Below, in pieces: positions 18,673 through 26,192 of a stretch of 64,000 nucleotides of DNA. A program made the translations under genes and the position numbers. The number at the start of each line of letters is the position of its first letter. The stretch's first letter is position 1. Origin of the DNA: a virus; the IMG/VR virus record IMGVR_UViG_3300019776_000693, positions 1 to 64,000 of that record; one strand, given 5' to 3'. The notes under the pieces are model-generated. The model was not told the DNA's origin, did no database searches, and was given only the letters and a program-made list of their open reading frames with translations.

Positions 18673-19588
18673 TTATTTAGATTTAAAATTTCAATGGTAT
18701 CAAAACGGTATTAAAACAATTAAGCCGTCGGGGTATATAACTCTTCAACAACTAATAAATAGTATCATTTCTCCAAAATCTGAAATGATTGAAGCTTTTA
18801 AATTAATTCAGGAAGCAGGTGCTAGAGGAGATAAATCAGAAAAAGACAGATTAAAAGCAGAAAAATTATTTTTTACAACACCATCTGCAATATTCAATCC
18901 TATTAGAAATTATGAGTCAATTCAAAATTTTCTGCCACTAGGTGTTTACGAATATGATGATATAGAACATTGTGAATTACTTAGAGATTATATCTTTGAA
19001 AAAAGAAAAGATTGTATTTTTGCTTTCTGTTCTCCTAGTTTTACAGGAACTAAATTTATATTTTTATTCGGTGAAACTCCTACAAGCATAGAGCACTATA
19101 AGAAATTATGGTTTGGTATCGCACATGATTTAGATAAATTTAAAAACCTTGACATGAGTAATGAACGATGTACACAACCTTTGTACAACAGCTATGACCC
19201 TAATGCAAAATTTAGAGAAGATGCTATTGGTACTATTGTTAAGGGTTATAAAACCAATGCTGTGAAAGAAGTAGAGATTGGAGATATTGAGTTTCCCGAA
19301 GAAGTTAGTGAAGAAGATGTTGAAAAATGTTTTAGTTTAATAACTCACTTAATAGATAGAATTGTAGACTCAGGTCATAATCAGATTGTAAGTACCTCTT
19401 TCACTGCATCGGGACTCTGTGCTTTTTACGGAATTGATACTAATGAGATGTGGGATTTAATAGAAGACAGAATCAGAGATAATAATTATTTAAGCAAAGG
19501 TACAGAGGGTTATCTAAAAACCGCAAAAACAATGTTTAATAAAGGATTAAATTTTCCAACTGAGCTTAAAAAGAAACAAAATGACTAG
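18665..19588 (+). CDS. AEP-superfamily primase-like protein (BT4734/VirE N-terminal-like plus helical C-terminal domain)
   Basis: FTTPSAIF, YEYDD, FCSPSFTGTK, LYNSYDP pattern. Confidence 0.62.
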   Translation: MNNYLDLKFQWYQNGIKTIKPSGYITLQQLINSIISPKSEMIEAFKLIQEAGARGDKSEKDRLKAEKLFFTTPSAIFNPIRNYESIQNFLPLGVYEYDDIEHCELLRDYIFEKRKDCIFAFCSPSFTGTKFIFLFGETPTSIEHYKKLWFGIAHDLDKFKNLDMSNERCTQPLYNSYDPNAKFREDAIGTIVKGYKTNAVKEVEIGDIEFPEEVSEEDVEKCFSLITHLIDRIVDSGHNQIVSTSFTASGLCAFYGIDTNEMWDLIEDRIRDNNYLSKGTEGYLKTAKTMFNKGLNFPTELKKKQND

Positions 19589-19679
19589 AGAACAAAAACT
19601 TTTAAATTTGCTACAACCAAAAGAATACAAAAGTAAAATAAAACTTTATTGTAGAGATAATGAATTTAAAATAAAAAAG

Positions 19680-19711
19680 TTTGGTGATTTAAAAAACATT
19701 CCTTATATTTG
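19680..19711 (+). promoter_or_regulatory. Bacteroidota sigma-A type promoter (inside a small ORF)
   Basis: TTTG (19680-83)-N20-TATATTTG (19704-11). Confidence 0.65.
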
Positions 19712-19732
19712 TAGAATAAAAATTGAAGATAT

Positions 19733-20011
19733 ATGAACAAACTAAAAGAACAATTTAAAGAAAAACTATTAGGTCAATTATCAGATGAAAAGACAGAAGT
19801 AGATATTAATAATGCTGTTGATGTGTGTAAGGATTTTACTTTATCTTTTATTTATTTTTTACGCGAAAATTATCATACAGACAAAGAAACATGGACTAAT
19901 ATTAATATTCCTTTAGGATTTCACCAAGATAAAAAGACTTATTATACAGTAAGTACAGAAGAATTATATAATAAATTTTTAGAACAATATGACAGAAATA
20001 TATCATCATAA
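19733..20011 (+). CDS. Hypothetical protein
   Basis: First ORF after promoter. Confidence 0.55.
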   Translation: MNKLKEQFKEKLLGQLSDEKTEVDINNAVDVCKDFTLSFIYFLRENYHTDKETWTNINIPLGFHQDKKTYYTVSTEELYNKFLEQYDRNISS

Positions 20012-20177
20012 GTTTTCACTTTTTAAATTAGAGAGACCTTACCAAAACAGTACAAATTATGCGGAAATATTATTTACATCTTGTTTTGAGTATATTAATA
20101 CATTTAAAACTTTAAAAGAAGCTAAATCTGTACAAAAAGAATTAAAATATAAATCAATAATTTTACCAAGTTATTAA
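19989..20177 (+). CDS. Hypothetical protein
   Basis: ORF in co-directional run. Confidence 0.5.
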   Translation: MTEIYHHKFSLFKLERPYQNSTNYAEILFTSCFEYINTFKTLKEAKSVQKELKYKSIILPSY

Positions 20178-20179
20178 CT

Positions 20180-20614
20180 ATGAAAGAATATGTTTTAGGA
20201 TTCGCTTTTGATGAAAAAAGCACAAATGTTGTTCTTATTGAAAAATTAAGACCAAAATGGCAAAAAGGTTTATATAATGCAATAGGAGGTAAAGTCGAAG
20301 ATTTTGATAAATTCCCAGTTGATGCAATGATTCGTGAATTTAATGAGGAGACATCAGTTGATTTATTCCCTAATATTTGGAATCATTTTGCAACAATGAT
20401 TTTTGAAAATGATATCATGGGAGGTAGCGCTAAAATCTATTGTTTTAAAATATTTTCTGATGAGATTTTTCAATGTAAAACCACAGAAGATGAAGAGATA
20501 AGAATTTATAATATTTCCGATTTAGATAAAATTAAAACAACTCCTAATTTAAAAATGCTTGCATATTTAGCACTTTGTGAAAACGTGGAATTTATAGAAT
20601 TAAAAATGAAATAA
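20180..20614 (+). CDS. NUDIX hydrolase
   Basis: GGKVE.....DAMIREFNEETS Nudix box. Confidence 0.88.
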   Translation: MKEYVLGFAFDEKSTNVVLIEKLRPKWQKGLYNAIGGKVEDFDKFPVDAMIREFNEETSVDLFPNIWNHFATMIFENDIMGGSAKIYCFKIFSDEIFQCKTTEDEEIRIYNISDLDKIKTTPNLKMLAYLALCENVEFIELKMK

Positions 20615-20962
20615 ATGAATAAACTCACAGATAAAGCACTTAAAGATTATACAAAATGGTTAAGTGATTATTCAGAAAAACATCATGGCTTAAAAGGTTG
20701 GATTGAATATGATAATTATTTAGATGAAGTAGAATTACCTGAAACACTACAAAATGCATTGATTATTGAATGGTTAGATTCTGTTAGAATTCATATTTTA
20801 ATCGACTATATAATTGATAAATTTGATATCGAAATAAAAGATTATATAGACTTATTGAAAGAGTGTAAAAAGTATTATTTTACAGAGTTTGATTCGCGCC
20901 AAAAAGCTGTAAACAAAGGAATAGAAAAAGCAAATTTAATTTATAATGAGAAACAGACCTAA
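20615..20962 (+). CDS. Hypothetical protein
   Basis: ORF; ALIIEWLDSV pattern. Confidence 0.6.
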   Translation: MNKLTDKALKDYTKWLSDYSEKHHGLKGWIEYDNYLDEVELPETLQNALIIEWLDSVRIHILIDYIIDKFDIEIKDYIDLLKECKKYYFTEFDSRQKAVNKGIEKANLIYNEKQT

Positions 20963-21419
20963 ATTATATAGTGGATATCTAAGCGATGAAGAAGCTGAAA
21001 ATCAAGTTGATTTAATAGATGAAGTTAAAAAAGGTTTAAAATTATCTGTTGTTGAAGAAAGTATTTTTGATTCTTTTATTAATCTTTTTTTGGTGGGCGA
21101 TTTAAAAGAACTACAAAGAATAGATGCTATGAATATAGTTATTCGAGAACATGATTATCATGAATTACTAGACTTAATTCCTGAACAAGAAATTAAAGAT
21201 TATGCTGAGGATTACTTAGATATGATTGACAAAGATGACCAAAATACAATAGAAGATTTTACAGATGGGGAGATATTAGCTGAAATTGAAGAAAGAGGTT
21301 TAACACTTTTTACAGAAAATATCTCTATTACAGAAGAATTAGAGATGGAAGAGTGGAATAATCTGTTTTATTCTTTATCTTCGGCGCAAAAAGAAGAATT
21401 AATACAAAAATATAGATGA
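20946..21419 (+). CDS. Hypothetical acidic protein
   Basis: ORF in co-directional run. Confidence 0.6.
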   Translation: MRNRPKLYSGYLSDEEAENQVDLIDEVKKGLKLSVVEESIFDSFINLFLVGDLKELQRIDAMNIVIREHDYHELLDLIPEQEIKDYAEDYLDMIDKDDQNTIEDFTDGEILAEIEERGLTLFTENISITEELEMEEWNNLFYSLSSAQKEELIQKYR

Positions 21420-21616
21420 GTCCTAAAGAAAAAGCTGAAGAACTTGTAAATAAGATAGAGGATTATTTTCCTTGGGACAGTACTTCAACAGGTAGAACAC
21501 CTATAAAGATAGCTTTATTATTTGTAAAAGAAATACAAAAATTCGGCACACAAAACAAACTAAGAGAACCAATGATATTTTGAAATATGGTAGAAACAGA
21601 ATTAAATAAAATGTAA
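21416..21616 (+). pseudogene. Small MxPKEKAxELV-type phage ORF with in-frame TGA at codon 56
   Basis: ATG 21416; TGA 21581-83; frame continues NMVETELNKM to TAA 21614-16. Confidence 0.5.
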
Positions 21617-21637
21617 ATACTAACTAAATAAGTATAA

Positions 21638-22876
21638 ATGAGTAAAAACAAAAACCGCAGATATCGTCTAAAAGATATAGAAGTTGAAAAATTAGGTTTG
21701 TCTCCGAATATTAGCGGAAGATATAGGCTTTCTAAAGAACAGGAAAAAGAATTACAAATAATTAGAAATGTTGACAGTGATTTAAAAAATGATATAGCAA
21801 CATATTCTATTAATTATAAAAACGATAAAGAGAAATCACAAAGAGGTTTTACAGCTATTGATGATAGTGGACAATTAATGTCAATAGAACGTTATTGTGA
21901 ATATTATGGATTAGATGTATCAAAAATACGAAGTTATAAATTGATTTCTCATACGGGATTACCCTTTTATAACTGTGTTTTCTATGAAGAAGTTATTGAA
22001 TCTGCTGTAACAGAAGAAGAATTAAAATTATTAATTTTAAAAGGTTTTAAAGACATAGAATACACCAAGATATACAAAGATAACAAAAATAAAATTGGAG
22101 TTGTTAAAATCGCAGATTTACATCTAGGAAGTTATGTTGATAATTTAATCCGTACTAAAAATTTTTCTATTGATATTTTAGCAAATAAATTATTAGAAGC
22201 TGTAGAAGATATCAATGAAAGAAACTATTCTGAGGTACATGTACATATTCTAGGAGATTTAATTGAATCTTTTACGGGACTTTCTCATAAGAATACTTGG
22301 AAAGGGTTAGATAAAGCTATGGTTGGGGCAGAAGCAGTAAAATTAGTTGTTCAAATTTTACATGATAATTTTTTATCTAAAATTACTAATCTTGGGGAAG
22401 TTAAAGTTGTGGCAGGGAATCACGATAGGGTGACAAGTGACAATAAAGAAGATGTTCAAGGAGGTGCTGCAAGTTTAGTTTGTTGGGGATTAGAATTGAT
22501 TGGTTATTCTGTTGAATTCAACCCTTTAGTTATTACACATACTATTGGAAAAATATCTCATATTTTAACACATGGTCATCACGCATTATCTAAAAAATCT
22601 ACAAAACAATTATGTTGGGACTATGGTATTCAAGGAAATTATAATTTAATTTGTGAAGGGCATTTACATAGTATTATTCAAAAATTAAATATAAACCAAC
22701 GTGACAATTATCAAACTATAAAAGATGATGCTGTAGACCATAGAAGAATGAATTGTCCATCTTTTTTTACAGGAAATTTTTATAGTGAATCTTTAGGTTA
22801 TACTTCTGAGAGTGGTTTTGTTATTGTAGAAGATAATGGTAAAGGCGTTCCTAATGTATTTTATTATGCGATTTGA
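21638..22876 (+). CDS. Calcineurin-like metallophosphoesterase
   Basis: IADLHLG, GDLIE, GNHDR, THGHH, GHLH motifs. Confidence 0.88.
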   Translation: MSKNKNRRYRLKDIEVEKLGLSPNISGRYRLSKEQEKELQIIRNVDSDLKNDIATYSINYKNDKEKSQRGFTAIDDSGQLMSIERYCEYYGLDVSKIRSYKLISHTGLPFYNCVFYEEVIESAVTEEELKLLILKGFKDIEYTKIYKDNKNKIGVVKIADLHLGSYVDNLIRTKNFSIDILANKLLEAVEDINERNYSEVHVHILGDLIESFTGLSHKNTWKGLDKAMVGAEAVKLVVQILHDNFLSKITNLGEVKVVAGNHDRVTSDNKEDVQGGAASLVCWGLELIGYSVEFNPLVITHTIGKISHILTHGHHALSKKSTKQLCWDYGIQGNYNLICEGHLHSIIQKLNINQRDNYQTIKDDAVDHRRMNCPSFFTGNFYSESLGYTSESGFVIVEDNGKGVPNVFYYAI

Positions 22877-22895
22877 TAACAAACTGTTTAACTAA

Positions 22896-22927
22896 TTTGT
22901 ACAATTAATTTTTATTTTGTATACTTG
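22896..22927 (+). promoter_or_regulatory. Bacteroidota-type promoter for GIY-YIG gene
   Basis: TTTG (22896-99)-N20-TATACTTG (22920-27), one mismatch to TAnnTTTG. Confidence 0.6.
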
Positions 22928-22933
22928 TGCTAA

Positions 22934-23035
22934 TAACTTCTTGATGCGAACACTAAGTTAATTTTAAGATATTATTTTTTACCGAGGAACTTCTTTAAAC
23001 AGCTATTCGCATTAGTTGTTTTTAGAAGTTTTCTC
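22934..23035 (+). ncRNA. Predicted structured 5' leader (two hairpins with complementary loops)
   Basis: Stem TAACTT/AAGTTA with apical ATGCGAA; long stem AACTTCT..AAACAGCTA / TAGTTGTTT..AGAAGTT with apical TTCGCAT. Confidence 0.7.
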
Positions 23036-23050
23036 ATTTTTTAAAACATA

Positions 23051-23962
23051 ATGAAAAAAGAAATTATTTGCGGAATCTACAAAATCACTTCTCCATCAGG
23101 TAAAATTTATATTGGACAAAGTAATAATATAACGAAAAGATGGACTAATTACAAAAGTATAAGTAAAAGCAATGATGGGCAACCTAAATTAAAAAACTCT
23201 TTTGATAAATACGGAGTAAACACTCATATATTTGAAGTGATTGAGGAGTGTTGTTTTGAAAACTTAGATTGCAGAGAACGTTATTGGCAAGATTTTTACA
23301 ATGCAACAAATACAGGGTTAAATTGTGTATTAACATCTTGCGGAGATGTGCCTAAAGAAATAGTATCAAATAAAGGAGAAAATCATTCAAGAGCTAAAGT
23401 TTATATAAATTTAGAAACAGGAGTTTTCTATCATGGTATTAGAGAAGCCTCTGAATCTATTTCTCATATAAGCTACAACTCTCTAAAATTTATGTTGCTT
23501 GGTAGATATCTAAACACTTCATATATAGTCAACGCCGATGATTACGTAAATAATCCTGAAACCTACTTACAAGAAAAAGAATATAAAAAAGTAATAAATG
23601 TAAAAACTAGAGAGTTGTACAAATCTGTGATGGATGTAGCTAAGATTTATGGTATAGAAGTTAATAAACTTAGAGACAGGATAACAGCAAAAAATAATAA
23701 GTCAGGTTTTATGTTTTTAGATGAATACGAAAACCACCCAAATAAAGATTCTATATTAAGTAAACCAAAAAATAAAACTAGTAAGTATGTAGGTATTTAC
23801 TATTGTAAAAAAGATAGGAAATGGTTAGCTAAATATAAAAAACAAGGTAAAAATTATACCATAGGTTATTATCCTACAGAAGAGGATGCTTATGCAGGAT
23901 ACAAAGACTATTTTAATAAGTACCCTGAATTAGAGCCAAAAGGTTTCAAACCATTAATTTAA
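23051..23962 (+). CDS. GIY-YIG homing endonuclease with NUMOD1-like repeats and AP2-like C-terminus
   Basis: GIYKITSPSGKIYIGQS...KRW..Y; ERYWQDFY; SKYVGI...KW.A...IGYYPTEEDA. Confidence 0.9.
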   Translation: MKKEIICGIYKITSPSGKIYIGQSNNITKRWTNYKSISKSNDGQPKLKNSFDKYGVNTHIFEVIEECCFENLDCRERYWQDFYNATNTGLNCVLTSCGDVPKEIVSNKGENHSRAKVYINLETGVFYHGIREASESISHISYNSLKFMLLGRYLNTSYIVNADDYVNNPETYLQEKEYKKVINVKTRELYKSVMDVAKIYGIEVNKLRDRITAKNNKSGFMFLDEYENHPNKDSILSKPKNKTSKYVGIYYCKKDRKWLAKYKKQGKNYTIGYYPTEEDAYAGYKDYFNKYPELEPKGFKPLI

Positions 23963-23968
23963 TCTAAC

Positions 23969-24008
23969 TAAAACCCTCTGATTAACTTCTTAGGGTTTTA
24001 TTTTTTAT
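23969..24008 (+). terminator. Intrinsic terminator after GIY-YIG gene
   Basis: TAAAACCCT / AGGGTTTTA stem followed by T-tract. Confidence 0.65.
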
Positions 24009-24094
24009 TAAATCGTATATCGCAATATCAGTTTACAAAATATACTTACAACGGCGTTTATTACCGTTAACTTAAAAATTCTTGAGCTTTTTTC

Positions 24095-24125
24095 TTGTTT
24101 ATATTATTTATTGTTTGTATATTTG
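24095..24125 (+). promoter_or_regulatory. Bacteroidota sigma-A type promoter
   Basis: TTG (24095-97)-N20-TATATTTG (24118-25). Confidence 0.78.
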
Positions 24126-24341
24126 TAAAATAAATCTTTCTGCTGTTTCTTTTTATGGCGGAAATTAAAACTTAGAAATTATGAAAATATTTAAAATTAT
24201 ATTAGAGCAATTAATACCATGTAAAAAGAAATCTTTTGCTTTATCTGAGGATACAGATAGTATGGAATATAAATGGTATCTTTATTTTAAAGATGAAGTT
24301 GATAAAGAATTTAAAAAAGAACAATATATAAAAGATAATCC

Positions 24342-25160
24342 ATGGTAAGAGAGTACTTAGGTAAATTAGAAGATAAAATGTGTTTAATTGAAGACAGTTC
24401 TGTTCAAATGATTTTTGCGGATTTTCCATTTGAAACTACTATGGCTAAATGGGATACACCTGTGAATCTTAAATTATTTTGGGAACATGCTTGGAGAATA
24501 TTAAAAGAAGACGGAGTTGTGATTTGTAAAGCCCAAGTGCCATTCAATATAACATTAGGTAATTCTCAACTGAAATATCTTAAATATGAATGGATTTGGG
24601 AAAAAACTTCGGCTACAGGAGGCTTAAACAGTAAGAAAATGCCAATGAAAGCGACAGAAAATCTTATGGTGTTTTATAAAAAGCTACCTAAATATAATCC
24701 TCAAATGACATCAGGTCATATTAGAAAAGTGAGTAGTGCTAAAAATAGAGCACAATGTATAGATAGACGAAATGAAAAAAAGGACTATATCTACGGTAAA
24801 GAATATGCAGATAAAGTAAAAGACTATGATTCAACAGATAGATATCCAAGAAATTTGTTAACTTTTTCGAGTGACAAGCAAAAACTAGCTATCCATCCTA
24901 CGCAAAGTCCTAAAGCATTAACTGATTATTTTGTTAAAACTTATACTGATGTTGGAGATACTATCTTAGACCCTTGTCGTGGGAGTAATAGTATGGGAGT
25001 TTCTTGTGATGATTTAAATAGAAATTACATCGGAATTGAGAATTCTTGGAAATTTTATAACATCGGTTTGTTAAGGAGAGAGTTTCCACATTTTCGCACA
25101 AAAGAATTAAAACAAAAGTTTTATGAAATACACAAATTAATATATGATGAAATTGAATAA
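24342..25160 (+). CDS. DNA amino-methyltransferase (N6_N4_Mtase, beta class)
   Basis: IFADFPFETT, KYEWIWEK, RYPR, HPTQSP, ILDPCRGS; several motifs are non-canonical. Confidence 0.82.
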   Translation: MVREYLGKLEDKMCLIEDSSVQMIFADFPFETTMAKWDTPVNLKLFWEHAWRILKEDGVVICKAQVPFNITLGNSQLKYLKYEWIWEKTSATGGLNSKKMPMKATENLMVFYKKLPKYNPQMTSGHIRKVSSAKNRAQCIDRRNEKKDYIYGKEYADKVKDYDSTDRYPRNLLTFSSDKQKLAIHPTQSPKALTDYFVKTYTDVGDTILDPCRGSNSMGVSCDDLNRNYIGIENSWKFYNIGLLRREFPHFRTKELKQKFYEIHKLIYDEIE

Positions 25161-25162
25161 TT

Positions 25163-25663
25163 ATGAAAGTAAAAATATTAAATAAAAGAGAATTTGAGGA
25201 TTTTATAGTCCCAAAAGTAAAAACAGAAAAAAGCGATAATATATTTTTTATTTCTATTTTAGACCCCGATAATACTGATAATTATTTTCCTGATTCAGAC
25301 AATTATAAAACTATTTGGTTTTACGATTTAGAATATGAAGTAGGAGATTATAAAATATTTAATGATAATATTGCTAAAGAATTAATATTATTTATTTTAA
25401 AAAATAAAGATAAGAAATCTTGTATAGTTCATTGTTCGGCAGGTGTTGCTCGTTCAGGGGCTGTTGGGGAATTTATTAATGATTTTTTAGGTAGCCAAAG
25501 TTGGTCAGATTTTAAAAAAGAAAATCCAAGAATTTCTCCTAATATATTAGTGAAAACATTATTAAATAAAAATATAGAAATTATTAGAGGTAAAAATAAT
25601 GATGGTACATCTTTTAAATTAGTCCCTATAAGAAATTATTTTACACATTTTATTGAAATATGA
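25163..25663 (+). CDS. Cys-based protein tyrosine / dual-specificity phosphatase-fold protein
   Basis: VHCSAGVARS (CX5R) and upstream FYD loop. Confidence 0.82.
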   Translation: MKVKILNKREFEDFIVPKVKTEKSDNIFFISILDPDNTDNYFPDSDNYKTIWFYDLEYEVGDYKIFNDNIAKELILFILKNKDKKSCIVHCSAGVARSGAVGEFINDFLGSQSWSDFKKENPRISPNILVKTLLNKNIEIIRGKNNDGTSFKLVPIRNYFTHFIEI

Positions 25664-25947
25664 GAAAAATAAAATTATCAAAAAGTGTATATGAATTATA
25701 TAAAGAATTAGAAAGATTAGAAGATATTTTAGATTTTTCTGTTTTTTATTCTTTTTTGCGCGTATTTGAATCAAGACACTTCTTACCAGGATTTCATGTA
25801 GATAAAGGATATTTTGAAATACATGAAGATGACAGTAATGAATTAATTGTTTTGAGATTTGGTCACAATTCACGTTTAGGTGACGAAGGGATTGAACTCA
25901 CAGAGAATGAAGTAAATGATTTAGTTAAATGTTTAAAAAGAATGTAA
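25660..25947 (+). CDS. Hypothetical protein
   Basis: ATGA overlap. Confidence 0.55.
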   Translation: MRKIKLSKSVYELYKELERLEDILDFSVFYSFLRVFESRHFLPGFHVDKGYFEIHEDDSNELIVLRFGHNSRLGDEGIELTENEVNDLVKCLKRM

Positions 25948-26141
25948 TTATGAAATATGATAGACCAAAATGTGAAAATAAAAACTGCTGTAAAGAAATA
26001 TATAATACAGAGGAAGAGGCTTCAGCAGAAATTAGAAGAATTATAGAAACTCAACGTAAAATTACAGACATTAAGCCTTGCAGAAGTTTTCATTGTGATT
26101 GTGGTTATTGGGCGTTAACTTCAAAAATTAAAATTTATTAA
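25929..26141 (+). CDS. Small Cys-rich protein
   Basis: CENKNCC...SFHCDCGYWALTS. Confidence 0.55.
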   Translation: MFKKNVIMKYDRPKCENKNCCKEIYNTEEEASAEIRRIIETQRKITDIKPCRSFHCDCGYWALTSKIKIY

Positions 26142-26160
26142 CATGAAAATAATAATAGTA

Positions 26161-26187
26161 AACCTTAAGATTATTAGTCTTAAGGTT
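26161..26187. terminator. Bidirectional terminator between the convergent arms
   Basis: Perfect 10-bp stem AACCTTAAGA / TCTTAAGGTT with 7-nt loop. Confidence 0.75.
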
Positions 26188-26192
26188 TACTA

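Noticed and set aside
24009-24094. Non-coding stretch with small AACGG/CCGTT hairpin as possible ncRNA or origin
   Set aside because: Only a 5-bp stem, no second copy or iterons; indistinguishable from chance.
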